From Takakia lepidozioides (Eukaryota > Plantae > Bryophyta), in NCBI GenBank assembly GCA_030704615.1, contig CM060734.1:24862001-24926000 (forward strand): 64,000 nt of DNA. Direction: 5' to 3'. A program made the translations under genes and the position numbers. Under the pieces are notes generated by a model. That model was not told where the DNA came from. It did no database searches and saw only the letters and a program-made list of their open reading frames with translations. Positions within the stretch are counted from its first letter, which is position 1; every line of letters starts with the position of its first letter. Of the stretch, positions 33,660 to 45,199 are shown one piece after another.

Positions 33660-35543
33660 ACCACCCCTTCAATTTACAAAATCTCATGCTAATTACGAGA
33701 TCTACTTGGCGAAGTCGCAGCGTACCAGAACAGTACATTAGATTCCGGTGCCTTACGGATTATAAAAGAAGCCCAGAACACAGACATCCAGAACTTCTGT
33801 AGTAAAGCACGACTTCAATACTCCTACTCCAGTGCGTCTTCACAAAGATGCTATAGCAGTCCAACTTTCGACATGTCCGATAAAGTACATGTTTATGTTC
33901 TCCACTTTGCATGTTCGGATGTTCAGTGAGCTACACCTGGAAGCTTCCATTTCTTCCATACCAGCAGAATGCTGTTCTTACATTCAGGTCCTAGGTGAGC
34001 ATCCCGTGCTACGAATATGAATCCACTGTTTCAATACTAGAACCCTCCGTTCTCAAGATCCCGAGGAGTCTGGCAGTTTGGGTGGTACCTAAAGTTCTGT
34101 CATGTTCGAACTCTAAACTCCATGTTAGAAGCAAGGGAACCCTGCATGCTGTTATGCTGAACTCCACATTACCTGCCGGTGAAAGTCTCTCCGCCAAGTG
34201 AGCTTAATCAGTGCGAATTTTAAGACGCTACCCCGAATCAGATGTTATAGTACTTCCCACTTGTCAAATATCACAAAGTAACGACCTCCTACTAAATTGC
34301 ATGGAGACCGCGGTGGCACCCGTGAGCTTGCAACTCGCTTTGAGAGAACCCTTCAATCGATATGGTTGGCGCTTAGTAATACTGTCGGAAGGCCAGATTA
34401 ACGCTTGTATGCATACTCGCTCAGAATTATGGCTCCAATTCTCTCGAGTATCAGAGAACTTGCCACCAACCGGGCTGTAACTAAAGACCTGCAGAATAGA
34501 ACTCGTCCACTATCTAATGAAGAGCTCATACGTCTGCAGGCTTCTGGACGAGTCCACTCAATGCAAAGGTATCACAGAGTGGCGGAGAAATTGCGAGCGA
34601 CTGTTTACAGAGGTGAGATTCCCCAGATGATCACCTGCAAGAGTTCAGTCGATACATATTACAGACTCATCCAGAGAAATAGTAGGTCCCAGTACGTCAT
34701 CAGCGGGAGCTGGATCACGTACATAACATACTACTGGGTGCTGGGTGTGAACGAGGCATTAGATCATCTCACTTTCGTTTTTCTGGGCCAAATTCCCATT
34801 TACAATTTCATTTCGTTCTCTTACTACACAGGGTTTTACCGTGAAATAAGTTGGCGAGCGAAGAATGGGAGAGGAACACATAGCATACATATGACTTGAT
34901 ACGAGGGCCTAGTCGTGGAAACAATAGCACGAATTACTGAAATCCGGATAATCCAGACACACAACGAAAGTTATGAAAGAATCTGGGAAGAATCTAACCT
35001 GAAGTTCACAGCAGCTGCAAAAACATCACAGAACCAAACAGGTAAAACATAGAGATCACAGCCCAGTTCCTGACTACCCCTCCGCACTACCACACCACAT
35101 CGAGTGCTGGCTCTCTTCCCGCTGATAGTAGCCACAATGTCGCCACACTAAACATCAGTCCGGGAGAAAGAAAAAACCCACCTCCTCATCTCCAAGCTCC
35201 TTTCCTTGTCCAACCAGGAAGCTCATCTCCTCACCAGCAGCTCTCCTCTTGGCATGCGCTGTGGAGCTCGCCAGGTTGGTAGATGCAGGGTGACGCTGCG
35301 ATGATTTAAACACACGGGCAACGTCGACTTACTGACACGTGGAATCTCTGGGCGTGATGAACTGCACCCCCCTGTCTTTTTTCCAGAAGCCCCTACTAAC
35401 ATAGTTAGTAGGATGATGATGATGGTTTGAACTCTAAAGTGAGCTATTCAACTATGGGTCAAATGAAGCATGATCATTCATTCAGGTGAGGAGGGTAAGA
35501 AGAATGAGTAAAATTTGAACTCTGATTGGTAGGAGGCGCAGGC

Positions 35544-35828
35544 TTTTACCAGGCCGTGAAGACCAAGTCTGTTAAATGTTTGTAAATGTCATGAAGTTGT
35601 AGTTGAAAGTTCGCTCTCGTTGGCTGGTCCTGGAAGTGTATCCGAGTGGAGGGGATTACCGGAATGAGCCCCACCGCGAGGCGGTAGCCTAGTGGCGGGG
35701 CGAGTGTAGGTAATCCCCGACACGACACGAGGAGGCTTACCGTGCGTGAAGAACGGGCGGAGGGCAGCGGGTTTGAACCCCGAACCACCAGGGCGGCACA
35801 CTGTGCACTTACCAGCTGAGCTACCAGC
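35544..35828 (-). mobile_element. tRNA-derived SINE
   Basis: Reverse complement begins GCTGGTAGCTCAGCTGGTAAG (Pol III A box) ... GGTTCAAACCC (B box), then a ~210-nt non-tRNA body. Confidence 0.7.
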
Positions 35829-35836
35829 TGATGTGC

Positions 35837-36210
35837 TTTTTTGTTTTGTTTTTTGGAAAAGGCCCGAGGGAGGCCAATATATTAAAGGAGAAAAAAAATA
35901 ACCTCACAGGCTGAAAAAGGGGACAGCTGCCCGTAACTGGGAGTAACGAGGGGTAGGTCCTAACAAAGAACTAATGGAGGAACAACATGAGAGAAGAAAA
36001 GAGCCTAGGGGTAATTCTTAGGGGAAGTTCCTGTTGCTTCTCGAGGGCTTGAAAGAGAGCTGGGCCTTAGATTTCCCTTTGCGAAGCATGGGATTCGTCT
36101 CCATCAGCTGGTGAGAGACAGGTACTAAGGGCACGGTGAGGGCGTTGTTCCAGTCAATAGTGGTATTCGAGGTTCTGGTACACAAGATGTCGTTCGTGGA
36201 GGTGTTTCCA
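35837..36210 (-). mobile_element. Possible 5'-truncated LINE 3' end
   Basis: T-rich tract at 35837-35854 (A-tail on the minus strand), preceded by a short coding-like stretch (TNDILCTRTSNTTIDWN). Confidence 0.3.
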
Positions 36211-36958
36211 TTTAAAAGAAAAAAGAAAGAAAAGACAACATGGATAGACAGGAATTGCACTGCTATCATTCTCTTGCAAGACTATAATCTCATTATATTC
36301 AGTTCCCTTCGGATTTATCATTTGAGCTCTATTATATTCACTTTCTCTTAGTTTTATCACAAGGATTTCCAATACATTCATTTGCTTTCAGTTTTATCAA
36401 ATTGAATTCCATTGTACTCAGTTCTCTTCAGATTTATCCCTCCAATTCAATCACATTCAATTTTATCTTTTCGCATTTTGTTCCTTGCATTTTTTTTAAA
36501 TTCTATCGAGGTGAAAATATAAAATATTTTGATTCTAAATTTTAAATTTATTTGTTAATTATTATCCTCAGGGACTACTGTCAGTGCTGACAGTTCCGAT
36601 TTTCTGTTTTAAATATTTATAATTTTATTTCAATAAAATCAGGACTGCCATCGCTAGCCTTCCAATTTTGCAATTAGGGTGGAGCCATTACTCGACTAGC
36701 TGCTTGTTGTATAATTACTATTTTTATCGTGGAGGCCAATTTTGCTTGCAAAGGAATCAGTTGCATTTATTGGGATCATGAAGTAGAGGATAGTTGGTAC
36801 ATGCAGTTTGAACACGACTATGTTTCTGGATATGACAGTTTGAGAGTTAATTCCAGAAGGTGTAGTTGTGGATGACTACAACTTAAGTCTGCACTAAATA
36901 AATGTTAACAGTCGGGAATAGAGGAAAAAAAAACATTTAGACACAATTAACACATTAA

Positions 36959-37694
36959 CCCTTAACTTCCTCCATTGTTCATTTTTTGACACCTAAAAAT
37001 TAATACCCATGCCCAGTAAAATGAGGCTAACTACCTATCAAAAATCATCCAGAAAAATGGACCTTACACGTAGGTGCGCACCTGGCACCTGCATGCACTC
37101 ACCAAAAATGAACTTGTTTCACTGTCAAATATGGGAGATTATATGGTTTTACGGAGGATGGATTATTTGTTTATGTTTTTGAAAACATTGTTTTTAGCCT
37201 TGACCAACTAATTTGAGAGGCTTTTAAATTTTTGTAGAGTGTTTATTTCACACATTCCTAATCCGTGGTAGGAATGTCTACCATCATTACAAAGATTTAG
37301 AAATTGGGATTTAGCCTCCACAAAGATGCTATTCAATATTGCTCAAATTCAAAATCCCTCTGGTGAGGGAGTGACTCTCTTCACACCTACACCTTGGTCC
37401 AAATTATGCCCACATCCAATGGTAGAAATTGTAAAAATGGACCCCCCTGAAGTGTCGTCCAATTAGCGTTGGCCACGTAGAAGTCAACTATGTGTGGCTT
37501 GACCCACTGGGTTTTGGAAATTTGTGGACGTGGCAGACTTTCTCTAAATGGAACGATGCCAATTGGAGATGATCTGCCATGTTGTCAGGTCATTTATTGC
37601 TGAAGAAACGACCTAAAAATATTAAGATCTGCAAAAATTACGTTAACATATCATGTTCTATGAAACCGAAACAGGCTCCATAGGAAGTTAAGGG
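36959..37694. mobile_element. Non-autonomous piggyBac-like MITE (736 bp)
   Basis: TTAA|CCCTTAACTTCCT ... AGGAAGTTAAGGG|TTAA: perfect 13-bp TIR starting CCC, with TTAA TSD at 36955-36958 and 37695-37698. Confidence 0.85.
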
Positions 37695-38074
37695 TTAACA
37701 GTTGGGGAGGGTGTACTAAAGCACATTAACATTTCACATTGACATTTACACAACATCCAATTGTTTACAATAGAGCAGTTGGAGTCATAATCTCAATATC
37801 ATATACTTGCAAAAAAAAAAGGTGGACACGTCGCTGAAGCAAGCGTAACTTATGGTGTCACTTGACCCAAGAAGGGCTATTGCCTTCCGGTAGGAAGGTG
37901 GACACCTTTGTAACAACCAAGATGGTGGTTTGAACCCACAACCACTCGCAAGAGGGTATATGCCCTGTCCACTTGGCTACATCTTGGTTGTTGTACTTGC
38001 AAAACATCATATACAAGTACAATTAGCACATAGGCGATCATATCTCTCAAAACAACCTCCATCATATACAAGTA

Positions 38075-38842
38075 GAGGTTGGGTAGCGCGTCAGCACGCT
38101 CACACCACCGCTTTGCGCGTGCTCGCGTGAGCAGCAGAAAAAATGCCCGAAAATTCGTGAATATTTCCTAAAAGATGCTGCTCCGAAACTAAAATTGGAA
38201 ATTTGTGCTCACGGGGATCAAATTGTGCGCATGTAAGCATACTTGTGATCACGTGAGCACAAGCCACACGTAGATGGGTTAGTCACCCTATTTCCGTCAC
38301 CCTATCACCCAATTCGTTAGGTTTAGGTTAGGTTAGGTTAGGTTAGGTTAAGCCAAACACAATACATTTTGTTTCGCCCACCAAACTATAGGATAATGAC
38401 TTATGCAGCGACACTTGGAGATTTTGCCAGCGAAATCCATTATTTCGTTGGAGAAATCCACTATTTCATTCGCAAAACCCACTATTTCTCTGGCGGAACC
38501 CGATACCTTGATTTATTTCGTTAACGAAACCGGTTGTTTGCCTCATTATATTAAATTGTTCAACTATTGTTTGGTATTTGTGTGTTTTGGATGGTGTTGG
38601 TTATTGTGACTTTGTTTTTTTCTAACGTGTTATTCTTTTGTAGAATACCAAAGCTGTAGATATATGGAACTTGGAGCTTGGAGCTTGTATATATACATTA
38701 TGGGTGCTTATTTCGCATGGGTTGTGGGGTTTTCTTCCGTTTTGAAAACATATATCTCCTATGACCGCGGTTTAAAAACATAAAACCCCCATGACCGTGG
38801 GTTTGTGCTCACGCCATCTGTGCTCACATTCTACCAACCCCC
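38075..38842. mobile_element. Mutator-type MITE with internal (TTAGG)n
   Basis: 9-bp TSD ATACAAGTA (38066-38074, 38843-38851). Imperfect TIR GAGGTTGGGTAG..AGCAC / GTGCT..CTACCAACCCCC; GTGCTCACG/CGTGAGCAC subterminal motifs. Inserted into a ~56-bp tandem duplication. Confidence 0.75.
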
Positions 38843-40244
38843 ATACAAGTACAATTAGCACATAGACGATCCTATCTCTCAAAACAACCTCCATCTCAAG
38901 TCTAAACATATATTTTGTTGTATTGGATCAACTTCTAATCATGTTAATGTTACCTTATGATTACCTTCTGATCCTATGATTGATTAAGTTTTAGGATAAT
39001 CTTATTGTAACTTAGGTAGAGCTTAATTATGGAGCTTATCTCAAGGTAGGATGTGTGTATGTCATAGCCTTTATGGTGCTTCACATACTAAGGGCAAATC
39101 AATGAAGAGGGGAGTAAACATTTGTTAACAAATAACACTTAACATTTGCTAGTGCGCACAAGTAGGGGAGTAAAATTTTCTTTGACATTTATGGTAATTT
39201 AACGTCTATAGAGGTAATTTATCCAGGGCAGACTCATAGAAACGACAGCAACAATTAGTCATGCAAGCTTCAAGTAGCTCCCAGTGAGGTTACGTGCAGC
39301 TGTGGCAAGAGCGGGAAAAAACGTACAGGTCCAAAAACCATAGGTACCTATAAGAAAGCAGCTTATAACCCCTTGAAGGACGGTGCCATAATAGGCGCCT
39401 GGAGGATGGGTAAAAGGCTGCTACTTGCCGGGTGTCTTGCTGCGCAAGGTCTCTTGATTAGCTCTAACTGTTAGTACACAATCTCTTTGTACCTGATTGC
39501 TTTGCTGCATTTTGTGAGCTGTGAATCGCTGGGGCCAGTCTCTTATGTATGGACGCAACTGACTCTTGGAGGCAGGGTCTGGCATCAGTCTGCTGGAGAA
39601 TATAATATGCAGCTCAACACAATCATCATGAGGTAAGTTCCCGGGGCTTTGGATGCGCAATAATGGAATCATATGACCTTCATGGAGGTAATTACCTCTT
39701 TGTTATTGCACATTTAAACACTGCGTGTAGCATTGATGGGTCCCAGACAAAACACTGTAAAGCAATGAAGTTGGCCGGCTGCCAGTGACTTTTCAGTTTT
39801 ATCACACCGGTTTCAGTAGTAATAAATTACGTACTTCTAGTTTATCTCCAGTGATCAACGGTTCAGATGTTCTCTAAAAATTGCCCAAAGACTCTAGACC
39901 CATGTGAAAATGCAACCTAGGAACTAGTGAATACAATTTCTAGCAAAGGTGATTAAGTTATTCTGGGAGTCTCTAACTTATTTGCCAGCATGTAATACTC
40001 AGACACTGAGACCAGCAGCTATAGTAGGTACCCAAAGAACAGCAATGTGAAAATGTAACCCAGATGGTTAACTGTTTGGTAGTCCTTTACCAGGCTTTTG
40101 CAAAGCTGTACCGTCTGTTATAATTAATCATTTTATTTACCGAGTAGCTGGGTCAAAATTAAGAGCTCATATCACCTTTGGCCAGTCTACTCCATACCCT
40201 TCGGAGATTAAGCCGGAATGTACGACTTCCAGGGAACGAAGGAA

Positions 40245-40487
40245 GTCAGTAGCTCAGTTGGATAGCGCACAGAGTGCCACCCAGGTGACTTTGGGCTCAA
40301 ATCCTGCTACATTGTCCGGTGTGGTATGTTCTTCTCCCCCTTCCCTTGGGCGGTGTCCCTTGAGCCTTGCGCCTCATGGCAAGGTTACTCTGAAAGATGT
40401 TATTTCTCCTCTCACTAAGTTATAGCTAAGGGGCGTGATTTGTGAGCTGTCGCTCCCAGGTGTTTTCCCTGATTTTTATTTTTATTT
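40245..40487 (+). mobile_element. tRNA-derived SINE (related fragment at ~41020-41070)
   Basis: GTCAGTAGCTCAGTTGG (A box) ... GGGCTCAAATCC (B box); head similar to the SINE at 35828; ends in a (TTTTTA)n tail. Confidence 0.65.
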
Positions 40488-41269
40488 CCCTTAATCCCTA
40501 AACGACGACCCCGAATCGGGTCGGGTCACTCTTCTGCCACGATCCAACTTTTATGGATGACAAGGGATGGAAATGATTCCTGAAGGCAGAGTGAGCGGGT
40601 TAGGGAGAAGTACATGTGGGAATTTACAACGTGCTAAAATAACAAGCGGCTAGTCGCGTAATGGCTCCACCCTAAACCTCTTAAGTTGAAAATTTCCTAT
40701 TATATTGAAATAAAATAGCATATCGCATATCACATATTCGATTTGTTTTTTTTTGTTTTTTTTTTTGGGTAAGGGCGTTGGCCGTTACTTTATATTCGAA
40801 TTATATGTCAAACATGTTCTGCATAAGAGAAAAATTCATTTATTTATTGGCCTTGCCTTCCTAACGCAAGACTACGCAAAGGGTTTCAGCTGCTTTAGCA
40901 CCGATACTTTCGATTACGCTTCGAATTCGATCGAGACAGTTGTCAAGAGAATGTTCTGTCTTTTAATGATTGACATCCGTTCAACTTCTTGTGCATGCCA
41001 TAAGTGAAAGTCCATCGGATATTACCGTGCGTGCCACCTGGGTGATTCGGGGCTCTAATCCTGCTACCGTGATATTTATTAATAGAGATACTACTGTGAT
41101 CTTCCAGATTTTTACTACCTATTCATAATTACTATACAACAGGGCTTGCATGAATTCCATGCATTTGTTTATTTATAAAGTCGGGGACAGAGGCATGGCA
41201 GAACTTTATTGATGTGTGAATTAAATATTGGTGTATGATATTACAAAACTGATCTTTGAATTTACTAGT

Positions 41270-41490
41270 TATTAAAATATTGAAATGCTTGTTGAAATAC
41301 TCGCTGAAAATTAAAATACTTGTTGAAGAACTGGCTGAAATATTAATATACTTGCTGAAAAACTGGCTGAAATACTGAAATACTTGCTGAAAAACTCGCT
41401 GAAGTACTGAAATACTTGTTGAAAAACTCGCTGAAATATTGAAATACTTGCTGAAAATCTTGATTGAAATATTGAAATAGATACTGAAAT
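41270..41490. repeat. Minisatellite, ~32-bp unit (GAAATACTTGYTGAAAAACTSGCTGAAATAYT)
   Basis: About 6 degenerate tandem copies visible. Confidence 0.85.
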
Positions 41491-43399
41491 AGAGTCCCAG
41501 TGAACGTTCCTAAGATGGCAAGCTGCACATCCACTTGCTGGATCAGATCACAAAAAACATTGTCTAAATAATATGCATTGGCTTCATGGCAACATTGTAA
41601 CTACAGCAGTGAGAACTAGCAGATTTTGTGCCAAGGTAAATGAAATGAAATGGTAATTTATATAGATTTTGTGCCAAGGTAAAGAAAGCTGATTATGGAC
41701 AAATACTAACCAAGCAGACCCTCACAAAGCCTTTGATACAGCAAGCATGACTTAGACCCCGTGGCACTAAGCAGCCAAGGTTAGCGGCAAAAATGCACAT
41801 TGCAAAAAAAATCAGTGTGACTCAACGTAAAAGGAATGGAACCAATGTTTTGAACTTGTAGCTTAATGACCTCTGAAGAGAACACGTTTTGCATTTTAAA
41901 GTTGATAGACTAATGCACCTGCAACAGACGGGCATGGATGTAGGTCCAATTACGAATTAATGAGGTGGTTTGTCGTTTGAGCACTGTCCCGGTTGAGGGC
42001 CACCAGTCTTGGAGATACTCCTGGTCAAAAACCTTTGCAGCTGATTCATTTTCCTGCACAAAAGCAGAGTACGATGTCTTCTCATGTCAATATTGAAACC
42101 AAAAAATTGCTTGAAAATGAAATTTTCAAAATGTTTTGCTAGACTCCTTGAAACTTATAGGATTCAAATGATTTACTGTAGGTTTCCGCACCAAAGTACA
42201 GTGTCTTCTCATGTCAAGATTAAAACCATGCACATGCCTTATAGCCAGCCCTCCTGTGTCCCAAAAACTTACCACATACAGATGCATCAGGCGTAGTGAG
42301 GTGGCACTGCAGGCTCTTGGCAAAATGGATCATATTGACAGTCTGCACTCCATTCATCACCATGTTGAGAGTTAGATTTGTATATTGTAAAGCATCTTCT
42401 GAGTTCCCAATATTCATGGCCTTTGACACACAATACACTGTACATTGGCACAAAAGATATTGTGCACCAAGAATATCCTATGCCGCACCACCGTTCAAGG
42501 TCATGGTACTTCAACCAATAGAACTCTCCACCATGGAAATGAGAAGCGTTGTGATGAATTAATGATCCCTTGGCACTGGATGCCAGGTCAGTGCATTGAA
42601 GCCTATCCCCCGTTCATCCCAATGACACCCAAGCTCTCTTCCCCCAAGGAGCACTATCTTGTCCTTCTCAAGAAAGAGAAGGATGGAAATAAGAAGTTCC
42701 TGAGGTTTGAGAAAACATCGTGTACCACTACAGAAGCTTCCCTCTTTTGTAGAGCTTGCTGAAGCCATCTAGTTGCACTTGTAACCACGTCTGTCCAGGA
42801 AGCATCCGCTGCACTCACCATAGCCACCCACAACAAGCAGAAAATTATTTGTGAGATCCAGTGTACCTTCCCATTTTTCAAGAAGCGAAATGATTCCAAC
42901 TGAATATCAGTTGATAGACTTCTAATATCTTGCTTGGCTATACTACATGAGTGGATTCTTTAAGGGAAGATCTTCCGGATCTCAACCTACTTTCCAGGGA
43001 AAGTATGGGCAACATGGAGGTATACAATTTTGTCAATTCACAGGCTTCACTATCTATACAAAAAGGTGAACAACAAAACATTCATTTAAGAATGCTACAA
43101 AAAGATTTTCATGCCTTAAAATGGAGGAACTGTTGGCAACCTTGAAATCTGAAGAGGAACATCAACCATTGAGGACTACATACATAAGACCTACCTCGTG
43201 CTCCAATCACTCGCAACTTCCTGTATTCAGAGAGAATACCCTTGACAATGTAAAGTAAGATACAAGAGGAGGGAGAGAGAATGTACTCATAAGACGTAGT
43301 GAAGGGAAGCTTCAATAACCTGGCAAGTCCAGACTGTTTTTATGATGACAAAATATGGACACTTGAGAAACAGATGGAAGAGAGAACCGTTGCAGCACT

Positions 43400-43635
43400 T
43401 ACAATGCAGTCAGGGGAGCCACCATGGCTCTCAGCATTGCAAACGCACACAAACGTTATGAGGTCGGGCTTCACCCCTTCCCCCATATTCATTTGCTCAT
43501 AGGTCTGTAAAGCCCCCATCCCGCGCCCCTGCTGTGCATACCCTGCAAGCATCGCACTCCACGACACCACATCTCGTTCAGCCTGCATAGTGTTGAACAC
43601 TCCCTTTGCATCCTCGATGCACCCACATCTACCCA
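43400..43635 (-). pseudogene. Isolated PLS-class pentatricopeptide repeat (PPR) gene fragment
   Basis: RCGCIEDAKGVFNTMQAERDVVSWSAMLAGYAQQGRGMGALQTYEQM..EGVKPDLITFVCVCNA.SHG is the S-P-L motif run of plant RNA-editing PPRs. No start codon or flanking repeats. Confidence 0.9.
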
Positions 43636-45199
43636 ACAAGCTAACTTACAGAATTCAATATGCAAATTCAGGGGCGAGTCTGATGAGAGGGAAAAACAGG
43701 CTGAAAATAGGTCAAAGAAGAAGGTGCCCTCACCACATTGTCCTCGACCTTGTGTCATGACCCATAGAGGATTTGACTGACCATGAACCCAAGAGGACCT
43801 CTTGTGTGTGTTGCTTGTGTCTATAGTCAGGTAATGTCGGATTGGTATGTGTGAACCACCACGGTGCAGCTGAGCAGGCAGAGATTGAAACACAGGAAAA
43901 TACAGATATGTCTATCCCTATATACCCTTCATCTATGGGTCTTCATTTATGAATATCTACATGTGTAAGATTCATTTATGGGTCTTATCCAATCAAGGTA
44001 CATTCAAGCTAACATTTAAGTGGGGGAGGATTATCTGCTTCATGTAGGTACTATCTAGTGGAGGTATATCAGGATCTTACTCATTTTTTGCACCAATGCG
44101 TGGTCTCCCTTATAGGGAGGAGCCAATAAAGGCTTGCTCCCTAGAATTTTCAAAGTGTCGGGGGTTTGGAAATCCAACGTTCACCTGCTAGCCAAATAAG
44201 CAATCTTGAAAATAACATCTAGGGCTCAAAATTTATCAAAATGCCAAAAAATTTGGACCATGCACGTTAGTGTGCACTTACTTACCAGAGGAATTAGAAA
44301 ACAAATATCACCACATGGGTGTACTTGGGAAAGAAGCCAAACCATGAAAGTTTACCCCCCAAATTTCACATACAAAACAGCTTATCTCAATTTTTGGAAT
44401 TTCGGTCTACTTTTTGGGGGAGAGAGTCCCTTAGACGCCATATAGTCAAATTATGGAGGGTATATGCCTCAGAAAATTCAACTCCACACTTGAATTTAGT
44501 GGTCAAAGCATTTTTTCCATGCAATCTTAAAATACATTTACAAATTGGGGCAGAGGATTTTGTTATAATCTTCCAAATGCAATGGTCAAATTGCCTACAC
44601 TTTTGACAAGACGTGAATGTAGTAGATATGCACATAGATATAAGGTTCATCCCCATGGATGATTGGAGTAAGAAGTTACACCCTTATCCATGAGGGTATG
44701 CACTAATTTTTAGTGGGCCCATCAAAATGGTGCTCGTCGTTTAAGGGTTAAAGAGCTCAGGCTGTACACTACACTTGATCAGTACACAGTACTTGCTATA
44801 GTTCCACCCACAAAAAAACATAGCACTACTATATTTTTGGCATATAATATGACAAGAGTGGCAGTTGCTGTTTGGATGTAGTCTGCACTCTAGTCAACAA
44901 CAAACTTGTCTTTTTTTGTGAGGAATCCAATGACAATTAGCACATTGACATATAATTATTTGCAGCAAGATATCCCCCTGACAATCTAACCAACTCTACT
45001 AAAGGTGAGCCCCATTTTATCATGCTTTGGGCAGAATATGGTGGCTGCCCATGCTCAGTGCAAAATAAGGATGTAAAAATGCTTCAAGGTGATGGCTTGA
45101 AGTAAGGAGGTGGGCGAGGATCTCAATTTTACTTGATGGCAAAATAAGAAATAGCTTCAATTATCTGAGGGTATTTGGTATAAGGCATCATGTTCCTAT

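Larger units (their letters stand above)
40495..44748. mobile_element. 4.25-kb piggyBac-like element carrying cargo fragments
   Basis: TTAA|TCCCTAAACGACGA ... TCGTCGTTTAAGGG|TTAA (TIR 12/14, TTAA on both sides). Plus-strand Cys-rich remnant at ~43740-43860 (PRPCVM..PKRTSCVCCLC...CVNHH) resembles a piggyBac C-terminal cysteine-rich domain. Confidence 0.6.

Noticed and set aside
33830-34900. ORFs upstream of the ABCG start (e.g. 34405-34899)
   Set aside because: No recognisable motifs and non-ATG starts; more likely the 5' UTR or introns of the ABCG gene.
35755-35828. tRNA gene (also 40245-40320)
   Set aside because: A and B boxes are present, but there is no proper acceptor stem and the sequence continues into a SINE-like body.
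38315-38352. Interstitial telomere
   Set aside because: The unit is TTAGG, not plant TTTAGGG; the tract is very short and lies inside a TSD-bounded MITE.
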